Positions 1 to 12,709 of a stretch of 64,000 nucleotides of DNA are shown here, one piece after another. The position numbers were made by a program, and so were the translations under genes. The notes under the pieces were generated by a model, which saw nothing but the letters and a program-made list of their open reading frames with translations, did no database searches and was not told the origin of the DNA. The stretch covers positions 50,344,001 to 50,408,000 of the forward strand of contig NC_043001.1 in NCBI RefSeq assembly GCF_006345805.1. The letters run 5' to 3'. The stretch's first letter is position 1. Each line of letters begins with the position of its first letter. The DNA is from Octopus sinensis. Its lineage: Eukaryota.

Positions 1-222
1 ACCGGGCGTTGCCTTGTGTTCTTGTGTAAAACACTTCATTTCACGTTGCTCTGCGATCATTTCGACATCTGACATGTGGCACCCATTGCCCCTATACAGG
101 CAATGTCGATCTGATGGAGGGAGTAAGCTTATGTCTACACAAATCATCTGTATGGTTGTTCGGTAAGAAAATTGTTGAACCCTCATACGTCGTCAAACGA
201 CGGGAGACTCCGTCATATACAT

Positions 223-294
<72 letters not shown>

Positions 295-301
<7 letters not shown>

Positions 302-1100
302 AGGAATGTAATAATACATTACGAATGATATATAAACAATTAATAATTATTTATGAATATGTAATCATAAATTACATTAAAAGAAGTGTGTTTATAATTA
401 TGAATAAATCACATATACAGTGGCTCTATAGTGCTTTTTGACTGCTATTTCTAAACATGTAAGGGTTTTTGCGACCCTTATTGTTATAATTGTGATTTAT
501 TCATAATTATAAACATTCTTTTTTAATGTAATTTATGATTACATGTCTGGTCAATGATATAGAATTATTAACTATTTATGATATATCCTTCGTAATGTAT
601 TATTACCTTAATTTTTAATTATTCAATTTTCCACTCATATCCGGTATTTTTTTGTGGTTCGAATTACCGGTCTTTTCTCATAAACGCTGCGCATGACGTT
701 GGAATTCAGAATTTGAATGTGTAGATAGGAGTTGACACATTATCCTTGCCAGTCGGGAGACATGTAAGCCCCAAGGTATGATTTTGTATCAATTTGTATC
801 TATAGGAATATTCTCCTGATGAGAGGAACGGGACCATTATGTTGATTTATATCCGTTATTTTACGATACAGTATATCATATGTTATAATAGGTTCCTAAC
901 CTCAAAATTGCAATAGAGAATTAACCTTTTATTTTTAAATTATGCATTTTGTAAGTCATATCGCAGCAGACAGCTTTATTGTGGGGAGTTATGAGTGATA
1001 ATAGTGGCTTTATAGTGGTTTTTGACTGGTATTTCTATACATGTAAGGGTTTTGCGATTCTCTCCGTTATAATTGCCATTTATTCATAATTATAAACACG
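295..1100. mobile_element. AT-rich Penelope-like (pLTR-type) remnant between (TA)n tracts
   Basis: Diverged internal direct repeat (~397-515 vs ~989-1098) surrounding a hammerhead motif; no ORF. Confidence 0.5.
810..921 (+). ncRNA. Hammerhead ribozyme relic with G12->A core mutation
   Basis: ATTCTC-CTGATGA-GAGG[...GGGACC ATTAT...ATAAT a GGTTCC...]CCTC-AAAA-TTGCAA-TA-GAGAAT. Stems I, II and III pair; GAAA reads AAAA. Confidence 0.75.
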
Positions 1101-1129
1101 CTTCTTTCATATATATATATATTATATAT

Positions 1130-1168
<39 letters not shown>

Positions 1169-1402
1169 GGGAGTAAATCCAAACTTACAGGGAAAAATAG
1201 ATTTAGGATTAAATCTAATTTTATAGTATAAATATATATATTAAATTAGAGATAAGACCACTATTAAGCAAATCAAACAGTGAAAATCATAGACCAATAC
1301 ATAGAAATAAAATTAATTAATAAAAAATATATAAAATATAAAATTCAAAATTTAAATTTGAAAAAGTATTTAAATTAATAATTTAATAATTTATACTTAT
1401 AA

Positions 1403-1441
<39 letters not shown>

Positions 1442-1457
1442 ATTATTATTATTATTA

Positions 1458-1494
<37 letters not shown>

Positions 1495-1524
1495 ATTATT
1501 ATTATTATATTATTATTATTATTA

Positions 1525-1558
<34 letters not shown>

Positions 1559-1594
1559 TTATTATTATTATATTATTATTGTTATTTATATATA

Positions 1595-2005
1595 AGCGCA
1601 GGAGTGGCTGTGTGGTAAGTAGCTTGCTAACCAACCACATGGTTCCGGGTTCAGTCCCACTGCGTGGCATCTTGGGCAAGTGTCTTCTGCTATAGCCCCG
1701 GGCCGACCAATGTCATGTGAGTGGATTTGGTAGACGGAAACTGAAAGAAGCCTGTCGTATATATGTATATATGCATATATGTGTGTGTGTGTGTGTTTGT
1801 GTGTCTGTGTCTGTCCCCCTAGCATTGCTTGACAACCGATGCTGGTGTGTTTACGACCCCGTCACCTAGCGGTTCGGCAAAAGAGACCGATAGAATAAGT
1901 ACTGGACTTACAAAGAATAAGTCCCGGGGTCGATTTGCTCGACTAAAGGCGGTGCTCCAGCATGGCCGCAGTCAAATGACTGAAACAAGTAAAAGAGTAA
2001 AAGAG
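1595..2005 (+). mobile_element. tRNA-derived SINE family A (GGCGCAGGAGTGGCTGTGTGG head)
   Basis: Box A TGGCTGTGTGG, box B GGTTCAGTCC, internal TA/TG microsatellite, tail ACTGAAACAAGTAAAAGAGTAAAAGAG; many copies in window. Confidence 0.9.
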
Positions 2006-2063
2006 TATATAACTATCAAAAAGTATAAAAAGTTTAATATAAGATAAAGAGTATATATGCATA

Positions 2064-2094
<31 letters not shown>

Positions 2095-2576
2095 TTATAT
2101 ATAATGCTAAGTTGAATAGAGAGCTACAATTGACAATCCAATAATTTATATTATAATATAACATAATAATCAATGAATATAATATAATATAACATAAACA
2201 ATTATTTAAACAACCCAAAAAGCCAATAGTTTTTTTCGACTTATATACATTTTTGATATATAAACAATTCAATTCCCTTATATATAAGTCACGTCAGGGC
2301 AGTGGTGTGTAGATTATTCCTTGTGAGAGAATTGCTGGATTGTAAAAAAAAAACTAATTCATATGCCTATGTATCGTGAGCGTAAGCGTTAGCCATTCAA
2401 CTACATATCAATTACATTAAAAATCAAAAAGCAACAAAATTATAACGGACAAAATAATTATGGAAGTAGAATCTACAACTATCGAAATATATATCTCTTT
2501 ATATATCTCAAGAAACATAAATCTAAACTCGTTTATGTCTAAGACAATCTTTCGCTATTATGATATCATAGAACAA

Positions 2577-2680
<104 letters not shown>

Positions 2681-2862
2681 ATAATTAAGTATCGGGATCT
2701 TACTTGATCTATAAACTGTAATAAAACGTGTAAAAAGATATAATGACAATTCTATTTTTAATATATAATTACTCTAAGGCGGTGAGCTGGCAGAAACGTT
2801 AGCACGCCGAGCGAAATATAATACACCACTTTGAAATAATTCTTTTCTTTTGTTTATTACCT

Positions 2863-2909
<47 letters not shown>

Positions 2910-2993
2910 GCATATATATACATATACGCATATATATACATATACCATATATATACATACACATATATATACATACACACGTGCATACATACA

Positions 2994-3073
<80 letters not shown>

Positions 3074-3222
3074 ATTATATATATATATATATTATATATA
3101 TATGTATATATATATACATATATATTTGCGCGCACGTGTGTGTGTGTGTGTATCATTAGAAGGAAAAAGATTTTCTCCAACGCATAGACTTCAATTTGAA
3201 GTGCTCCAGATATTCAGACCCT

Positions 3223-3625
3223 AGGTGTAGGAGTGGCTGTGTGGTAAGTAGCTTGCTTACGAACCACTTGGTTCCGTGTTCAGTCCCACTGCGTGGCACC
3301 TTGGGCAAGTGCCTTCTACTATAGCCTCGGGTCGACCAAAGCATTGTGAGTGGATTTGGAAGACGGAAACTGAAAAAAGCCCGTCGTATATATGTATATA
3401 TATGTATGTGTGTGTGTCTGTTTATGTGTCTGTTCGTCCCCCCAACATCGCTTGACAAACGATGCTGGTGTGTTTACGTCCCTGTAACATAGCGGTTCGG
3501 CAAAAGAACGGATAAGATATGTACTAGGCTTACAAAGAATAAGTCCTGGGGTTGGTTTGCTCGACTAAAGGCGGTGTTCCAGCATGGCCATAATCACAAT
3601 ACTGAAACAAGTAAAAGAGTAAGAG
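3223..3625 (+). mobile_element. SINE family A
   Basis: Full-length match to 1595-2005. Confidence 0.9.
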
Positions 3626-3702
3626 GAGAGAGCCCTAGGCACAACATGCATGAATTTCTCCAAAAGTATATTCAATACATAAAACATATTAAACATAGAT
3701 AT

Positions 3703-3869
3703 AGGCGCAGAAGTGACTGTGTGGTAAGAAGCTTGCTTTCCAACCACATGGTTCCAGGTTCAGTCCCACTGCGTCGACTGCACATTGGGAAAGTGTTTTC
3801 TATTATAGGCTCGATCTGACCAAATCCTTGTGAGTGGATTGGGTTGACGGAAACTGAAAGAAGCTCGTC

Positions 3870-3903
<34 letters not shown>

Positions 3904-4079
3904 GTCGTATGTATGTGTGTGTGTGTGTGTGTGCGTGTGTGAATTTTTGAGTCTGTGTTTGTCCCATCGCTTCACAACCGATGTTGGTGTGTTTATGTCC
4001 CCGTAACTTAGCGGTTTGGCAATAGATACCGATAGAATAAGTACTCTAGCAGTCGAAATGACTGAAACAAATAAAAGAA
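3703..4079 (+). mobile_element. SINE family A
   Basis: Match with an internal deletion near the tail. Confidence 0.88.
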
Positions 4080-4711
4080 TATATGAAAATATATAGAGTA
4101 ATCAATACATGAAAACTATACATATAAAAATATATAAATATATAGATATATACATTAAAAATATATTGAAAAAATAAATACATATACAGATAGATTTACA
4201 GATTACAAAACGAGGGGGTTCGGTTGTCCAGTCATAAAAAAGATATTTACATTCATTTTTGGACACCACCTCTTTCACCAGGAAAAATAAATTTCTTTGA
4301 AAATGCATACAGAATATTCTATCTACACCCTTCAAAGGAAATGTTAACCTTAGTTCTTTAAGCCTGAAGAAATTCTGCCCTGTATAGTTAAAAATGATAC
4401 CTTTCTTAGCATATAACCAAATGCTTAGAATTGCATATCAGCGAGGCGCTAGAACTGAAACATATATGTAGGTTTTTTTTCGCATATCCCATTTTGTTTT
4501 TGAGCTTTACAACTTTTACAACTTATAATTTATTTGTATTATGTTTTTAAAAGGTTTCAACATCTTTATATCATACAAATAAATTATTTATACATCCATG
4601 TTTCTCCATTTTCTTTCTTTCAAAATATATACATATACAGATGTGTATGTATGTATGTATGTATGTATGTATGTATGTATGTATGTATGTATGTATGTAT
4701 GTATGTATGTA

Positions 4712-4885
4712 TGAAGCCCAGTTACAACTACAGCCCGCTATTACCAGTAAAGGTCTTAGTTGCCAATTTTGTACAAGACATTGTAGATCTTTAGCTGGGC
4801 TAATAAGTCACATTCGATCACAGCACCAGTAACAGTTAAGCTTCGTGCAATGGCCATACTCGATAACGAGAGGGCAGCCATAATA
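4712..4885 (+). mobile_element. Extreme 3' stub of an RTE-like LINE (C2H2 zinc finger end of ORF)
   Basis: Translates to ...CQFCTRHCRSLAGLISHIRSQHQ*, typical of the C-terminal zinc finger of RTE-type ORFs; flanked on both sides by (TATG)n. Confidence 0.6.
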
Positions 4886-4953
4886 ACGTATGTATGTATG
4901 TATTATGTATGTATGTATGTATGTATGTATGTATTTGTATGTATGTATGTATG

Positions 4954-4990
<37 letters not shown>

Positions 4991-4997
<7 letters not shown>

Positions 4998-6095
4998 TGG
5001 AGTAAAAGTCGAATTTTTTAGACCATATTAAGATTAAGGTCAAATTCATGGGGTCAACGTATCAACAGCAGAAGCCCAACTGATCTCTAAGCGAATGAAA
5101 ACATAAAAACGATGAATTACAGTAATATTACCAATTTTATGCATTAAAACACGCGTCCTAGTAAAGAATAAAAGCCCATAAACAAGACCACGTAGCTCTC
5201 ATGTGTAGATGCCAGTAAATGTCCATAATGTGGTGTAGAGCATTATGTGGTGTCAATCTGGATTCCCAAAATGTGTTCTGCAAAACCCCAGGATTCTCTG
5301 AAAGTTATCAGAGGTTCCAGGTTTTTAAAAATAATGTCGAAGGATTCCGCGGCAAAAAAGTTTGGAACCACTGATCTAGTGATTAACAAAATGTTTTTAG
5401 GCTTACCGAAGTCTTGCATCTGTACGAATTCATACAGCGGTGTTTGCTATTATTCGCCGATAGTACTGTCTATGAAACATGTTTCCCACAATGTAAACAG
5501 ACGAGCCCATGACGCATGGGCTTATAGTATTTGGTGATTAGGAAAATATAAGGGTCGCATGGGATCCACAGATCTAGCGATTAAATGAATGTTTTTAGGC
5601 TAATCAAAGTCATGTCTTTGTACGAATTCAGACAGTGGCATTTGCCAATGATCGCCAATTGTGCTGTCTGTGAAACACGTTTCTCACCATGTAAACAACG
5701 AGTATGTGACACATGTGTTTGTTGTGCTTTAAGACGAATGCAGGCTTGCTGCATATCCTGTGCAAACATTTTAGTAATTGTGATATAGCACCCATCAACT
5801 GATGTGTAGTGCTCACTATTAAATAGTGTTCTACTATAAGTACCGTGCATTCCATTATAAACACCAATCATTCTATCTATAGAGCAGGCTACAGTAAGGC
5901 AGCCACACAGTTTTCAAACAGTGTTATTTCTACGTACAGGATAATACGGTACCTTCGCCCACAAATGCAGTCCTGTTGTTCGTGAAATTCTAGGGTCAAC
6001 TTTTATACGAGGTCGATGGAAAATTCCCAATTTTTTGGCCAAAAATAGGGGGTCGACTTTTACATGAGATCGACTATTACTCGAGTATATACTGT
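4991..6095. mobile_element. Non-autonomous TIR DNA transposon (pogo/Tigger-like ends)
   Basis: Left TATATACTGGAGTAAAAGTCGA vs right TCGACTATTACTCGAGTATATACTGT; subterminal GGTCGAC-type repeats; no transposase ORF. Confidence 0.55.
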
Positions 6096-6110
6096 TTATA
6101 TTTATATAGT

Positions 6111-6290
6111 AGGCGCAGGCTTGGCTGTGTGGTAAAAAGCTTGCTTCCCAGCCACATGGTTCCGTGTTCAGTCCCACTACGTGTCACCTTGTGCAAGTGT
6201 CTTCTACTATAGCCTCAGACCGTCCAAATCCTTGTAAGTGGATTTAGTAGACGGAAACTGAAAGAAGCCTCGTCATAAATACATACATCC

Positions 6291-6348
<58 letters not shown>

Positions 6349-6523
6349 ATATGTATATATCTATGTGTACGTGCTTTTGTGTCGGTGTTTGTCTTCCCAT
6401 CACCACTTAGAGGCAAGTAACCATTAGAATAAATCGTAGGCTTAAAACAAAATAAATCCTGGTTCGGCTAAAGCCCTTCAAGATGGTGTTATAAATGACT
6501 GAAACAATAAAAGAATAAAAGAA
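6111..6523 (+). mobile_element. SINE family A, diverged
   Basis: Head and tail match family A. Confidence 0.85.
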
Positions 6524-7163
6524 TATACGAATATATATATATATATATATATATACATGTGTGTGTGTATGTATATATGTGTGCGCGCGTATATATGTAC
6601 ATTCAGAGACTGAGAGAGATATTTACACCCATATGTTTCTAAATTAATACTTACAAATTAATTGATTCTGGGTTGAGATCCTAATTCACTCAAGCAGCAA
6701 TGAAATGACTGTAATTATTATATAACATACGATTAATTCTATGATTAGTTTGACGAACTTACATTGAATTCTAACAAAGAATTAACTTCCACTATCCACA
6801 GCAAAACAAGGATAAAGTTTACAATAGGATATAAAATTGTAAAAAGGAATGAAAATATTTAAAGAAATTATCTAGACAAGGACGTGTATATTCTACTTGT
6901 AATGTTTGCTGCTTTTCGTTGTTTGTTTTTTTTTGTTTGTGTATCTTGTTAACTGCATGAACTTTCCTTTTTTTAGCATTGTGACTAAAAATAACCTCGA
7001 TATAAGTACTTTCGACAGCTTGCTCCAATAACTTAAAGTAAATTCAAAAGTCCTTCAAATAATTTGAACCGATAAAATTCTAATTGTAATCTAATATAAC
7101 AATGAGCGTAGTGTTTTTATATTTTTGTGTGTGTGTATGTATATGTATATATATATATGTATG

Positions 7164-7258
<95 letters not shown>

Positions 7259-7315
7259 CATACATACATACATACATACACATTCTGTGATTTTGGACAA
7301 ATATATTTGTTCATG

Positions 7316-7358
<43 letters not shown>

Positions 7359-7619
7359 CCAAAATCACAGAGTAGGAGTAGGACGGAGTAGGAGAAAATG
7401 TAGTGTAAGTGAAGGGAAAGAAGAGAAAATAGTAATTCAGTGAAGGGGAAGTAGTGAGAGTAATGGCCCTGACTGAGAGAGAGTGAGAGAAAGTAATAGC
7501 AATAGAGAAAGGAAGGGGTGGTAGATGAATAAGGAAGGAAGGAGCGAAAAAAAAATCAGCGTTGCAACTCTTTGTGAGTATATGTGTGTGTATGTAAAAG
7601 GGGGGTATTTGAATGTTTT

Positions 7620-7664
<45 letters not shown>

Positions 7665-9770
7665 AATAGAAATGGGTTAAGGTTAGGGTTGATATTCAAC
7701 TGTGAGTATATGTGTGTATGTATGTGCATGTAGATGGTAAATATGTGAATATTTGTATCTGTGATTATTATGTACCTTATTTTATACCTTATTTATATAT
7801 AAACTACTACAATTAGCCCCGTAATTTCTGGCGGCACAGAGTCAGCTAGTAAACAAGAATGAAGTATTAACACTTACCGTTGTTTCTTCATTATATAGTT
7901 ATGTCTATTCATAAGGTGGCAAACTGGCAGGACCGTTAACCAGTCGAACAAAATGCTTAACAGCCTTTCCTCCCACTTCACGTTCTTTATTCAAATGCCG
8001 CCGAGATCGACTTTACTTACCCTTCATATTTATTGGGTTGATAAAATAAGGTAACAATTACTGCAATCGAGTAAATTTTCCCATTGAAATTGCTGGACCT
8101 TTGTCAAACTTTGTAACAATTATTATCTCTAGTTATCATTTTTTTTTGTTTGTTTGTTTCCTGCATTAAATGTGGTAACATTAGCTTTACATAATAAATT
8201 ATTTATTTTTTATGGGAAATCCTAAGGTAACTGTTCTCGGAAGGATTTACTGTATCGACGTAAAATGTATAATTGTTATGTCGTCCACCACTGCCCTTCA
8301 TATGGAAAGATTACAACTCATATACTGACGGTGACTTTTAGTGTTTTTACAATTAGATAAATTTTAATTCAACCATGAAATTACACAATTGTAGAATGCT
8401 CTGAAGGGTTACTCCATAATTTTGTAGAGACAATTCATAGAAGACTGGCTTCCACGTGCGCATGGCGATCAGTATTGTAGCTGACCTTTTTCAGTTTTCG
8501 TCTACCGAATCCACTCACAATATAAAAACATTTCTTATGCTTCCAGCAGAAGTCAGCTGTCTGGGAAGCTCTTCTAACGCAAAGAGAAGGATGATGTATA
8601 TGAATAAGTTCCTCTTTCTTTGGTAGGTCAAGTGTGTTTAGATTGCCTGATTGCCTGTTGAGAGTCACCAATCTAGTGTGCAATCTCTTTTTTCATAAAT
8701 TCCGGTTTGTTACATCGATAGCACTTGTACCTTTCACATTATATAGCGATAATTCAAACCGAGTGAATTTTCATCTGAGAACTTGCTTTCCATCCCTTTC
8801 ATAGTCGATAAATTAAGTACCAGTTTAGCACTGGGGTCAATGTAATTGACTTACTCCTCCTTGAGATTGTCTTTCATGAGTCAAAATTTGATACCAAGGC
8901 GACGAGCTAGCAGAGTCGTTTGCAAATTCCGACAAAATACTTAGCGACATTTCATCCGTCATTAAGTTCTGAGTTCAAATTCTGCCGAGGTTGACTTTAC
9001 CTTTCATCTTTCAGGGTCGAGAACATAAGGTCCAGTCAAGGGCTGGGGTTTATGCAATCGACTAACAAACAAACCCCTCAAAAACTTTTGGTCCTGTGTC
9101 AAAATTTGAAACCATTATCATCAAGGCAACGAACTGGAAGAATTGTTAGAACGCAGGACAAAATGATTCGCGACATTTTTTCCGGCTTTATGATCTGAAT
9201 TCAGATTCTGCTGAGGCTGACTTTACCTTTCATCATTCCGAAATCGACAAAATAAGTACCAGTTCAGCACTGGGGTCGATGTGGTTGACTAGTCATCTGC
9301 TCAAGACTTTGCCTAGAGTAGAACAGATTAATATTATTATTTCTTCTCTAGGCACAAGGCCATGAAAATTTGTGGGGAAGTGGGCTAATCGATTACATCG
9401 ACCCCAGTGCGTAACTGGTACTTATTTAATTGTCCCCAAAAGGATGAAAGGCAAAGTCGACCTCGGCGGAATTTGAACACAGAACGTAGCGGTAGGGAAA
9501 AGATTAATATTAGACTGGCTGAAATTCAAACCGCAAGATGGTTGTTAGCTAATTGTAAACATTTCTGCATGTACAATGTGAGTAGCGTTGGATCAAATTC
9601 TCTGAAGTACTTCACGCGTTTCCTTAAAATTATTAGTGCAAACTATTTTAAGTAATGACCACGAATTTATTTCAAGTCACGATTTAAAAACACGACTCTG
9701 AAAGAACTTACTAGAGCTTTACATCAAGAAATTTGATACGAAAAATGTGCTTTTAAAAAAATGATATATA

Positions 9771-10007
9771 TTTCTTTGCTGCCCACAAGGGGCTAAACAT
9801 AGAGGGGACAAACAAGGACAGACAAAGGGATTAAGTCGATTACATCGACCCCCCACCCAGTGCGAAACTGGTACTTTATTTATCGACCCCGAAAGGATGA
9901 AAGGTAAAGTCGACCTCGGCGGAATTTGAACTCAGAACGTAACGACAGACGAAATACCGCTAAGCATTTCGCCCGGCGCGCTAACGAGTCAGCCAGCACG
10001 CCGCCTT
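9771..10007 (-). mobile_element. SINE family B (AGGCGGCGAGCTGGCAGAA head)
   Basis: Reverse-complement match to copies at 33879 and 55571. Confidence 0.88.
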
Positions 10008-10210
10008 AAAAATATCTTTGATATATATCATGGTTTTAATGTGGATTGCGTAACATTGTTCCTAGCATAGGCGTTGGAGAGACTGTGTGGTAAGTAGCTT
10101 GCTTACGAACCACATGGTTCCGAGTTCAGTCCAACTGCTTGGCACCTTGGGCAAGTGTCTTCTACTATAGCCTCGGGCCGACCAAAGCAGATTATGCAGA
10201 TACACGCACA

Positions 10211-10441
10211 AGGCGGCGCTCTAGCAGAAACGTTAGCACGCCGAGCGAAATGCTAAGAGGTATTTCGTCTGCCGCTACGTTCTGAGTTCAAATTCCGCCG
10301 AGGTCGACTTTGCCTTTCATCCTTTCGGGGTCGATTAAATAAGTACCAGCTACGCACTGGGGTCGATATAATTGACTTAATCCGTTTGTCTGTCCTTGTT
10401 TGTCCTCTCTGTGTTTAGCCCCTTGTGGGTAGTAAAGAAAT
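10211..10441 (+). mobile_element. SINE family B
   Basis: ...GAGTTCAAATTCCGCCGAGGTCGACTTTGCCTTTCATCC...GTAGTAAAGAAAT. Confidence 0.88.
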
Positions 10442-10699
10442 AGGTATGTGTGGTGACGTTTTTGAAGAATGTGTGTGGATGTGTGGATAATGGTGTGTGG
10501 TGTGGGTGCTGAGAAGTGATTGGTGCTAGTGTGTATAGAGTCGAAAGGTGCTGTGGGTATGTGTTTAATGGTATGTGAAATGAGTGATGAGTTGAACAAT
10601 GTGTATGAGTGTATGTATAACGGTGCGTGTGTGGTAGGGATACTGATGTGGGCGGTATGAAGGTGTATAGGAGGGGGAAAAAGTTGAATATGGGAGGTG

Positions 10700-10870
10700 T
10701 GCTGATGTCTCTGTCCAATCGTGTAAAACCGGACCGAAACCGGCTGCCGTGAGAACAGCCGCCAGATATCGATGGTCAATCCTATCAAAGGCTTTTGGCC
10801 GATCTAAATTCATCAGAGACCCACCCATGCCAGGTTTCTTAACTACCATATCTACGATGTAGCGAATGAG
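10700..10870 (-). mobile_element. Tx1/L1-like reverse transcriptase fragment
   Basis: ...LMNLDRPKAFDRIDHRYLAAVLTAAGFGPVLHDW matches the RT D..KAFDR..H..L..VL...GFG motif. Confidence 0.75.
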
Positions 10871-10901
10871 GTGCAGGTTGTCGTGAATAATAATAATAAT
10901 A

Positions 10902-10960
<59 letters not shown>

Positions 10961-10962
<2 letters not shown>

Positions 10963-12638
10963 GACAAAGAATTAGAAGAGCTCCTGAATATCGTCAAAGA
11001 TGTCAGCTCTGATATAGGTATGGAATTCGGACTTGATAAATGTGCAAAGGCTACTTTCAAGACAGGGAAGTTCATAACGGCAGAAAACATAGAACTTGAT
11101 ACTACTACAGCTATTCGAAACCTAGACCAATCCGAAATATACAAATATCTGGGAACCAATGAAGGTGATAGTATCCAGCACTCTAAAATGAAAGAGAAAA
11201 TCCGCAAGGAATGCTACTGAAGGATAAGAATAGTCGTAAATTCAGAATCTAATGCTGCTAACAGAATTAATGCGCTCAATTCTTTGGCCATACCAGTAAC
11301 CACATATAGCTTCGGTATCATAAAATGAAGTCTCACTAACATGCAGAATATAGATAGAAAGATCCGTAAAATCTTTACTAGGTACCGAATGCACCATCGA
11401 AAATCAGATGTAGACAGAATTTATTTCTCAAGAAAAATAGGTGGAAGGGGCCTGATACAGTTCGAACAATCTTTCAAATCAACAACAATAGGCCTTGAAG
11501 CGTGCCTTAATACAACAAGTGATGTGCTCTTACGAATTGCACTGACGCATGAAGATTCCAAGCAAGCTTCAGTCATAAAGCTTAGTCAGAAATTAAAAAA
11601 GTCTCTTGGCCTTCAAGTTAACAATAAGAATGACCAAAGGCACCCAAAACTGACAGACCCACCATTGCTTCTCCTGAGATCCGAATAGTGACAAACCTAT
11701 CACTGATGCAAAAAGTATCAAACAAAAAGCAAAGAAAGCTTGCATGAATAATATCGAAGACAACTGGAAAGGTAAACTCCTGCATAAAAAATACCCTAAC
11801 CGCCTGTCCAAGCCAGATATTGACCAGAATCTAACACACCAATGGCTACAAGGGAAAACAGAAGGTTTTGATATTGCAACCCAAGATCAGAGATTACCTA
11901 CCAGAAACTACCATGCAAACGTCTTAAAGATGGAGCTGACCCCTCGTGCAGAATTTGCGGAAAATTCACAGAGACAATTGTTCTCGTTGTTTTTGGTTGC
12001 CCAGTACTCACTGAAAAGGAGTACCTCATAAGACATGACAGACTAGGGCAGTACATCCACTAGAATGCTTGTAAATACTACAAGATTAGATCCCATGATA
12101 AGCGGTACAGGCATCATCCAGAGGATGTAGCTAATGGTGAGGGCGTCACTATACTTTGGAACTTACCAGTCCAAACAGACAGGAAAATTGACTCCAATCG
12201 ACCAGACATTGTGATCACGGACTACAACAGATGAACTTGTCTGTTAATAGATATGTATGTCCTACGAGATCAAAATCTCTCAAGAAAGGAATACGAAAAG
12301 CTTTCTCACTATAAAGATCTGCAAATAGAAATCACAAAAATGTGGAAGCTCAGTACTACGATAGTATCAGTAGTAATTGGTGCGTTGGGAATGATAAAGG
12401 GAGCTGAGTAGTATATTAAGCAACTCCCTGGTAACTCCAATCTCTGTGAACAACAAAAGATAACCTTGATGGGTACAGCCCATATACTACGGAAAGCGCT
12501 CTCCATGTAAAATGGAATAAATGTGGTGAAAATTTTAACGCGCATAGCAAAACAAAAATGCCTTTGCTATTCTTGGCCTCCGGAAGATGCCCGGTACTAA
12601 GGCAGCTGAAATAAAGTCACAATGGATGGAAACCATAA

Positions 12639-12640
<2 letters not shown>
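10961..12640 (+). mobile_element. 5'-truncated R4/Dong-clade non-LTR retrotransposon (RT C-term, CCHC, restriction-like endonuclease), degenerate
   Basis: DIGMEFGLDKCAK, YKYLG, MHHRKSDVDRIY..RKIGGRGL, QDQ.LPTRNY, RHDR, NRPDIV..D, KE.EKLS.YKDL, VVIGALG..., GTAHILRKALS*. Stops and frameshifts present; both ends abut (TAA)n. Confidence 0.85.

Positions 12641-12709
<69 letters not shown>

Noticed and set aside
7285-7370. 20-bp inverted repeat around (TA)n
   Set aside because: Too short to assign; likely a remnant of a TA-associated MITE.
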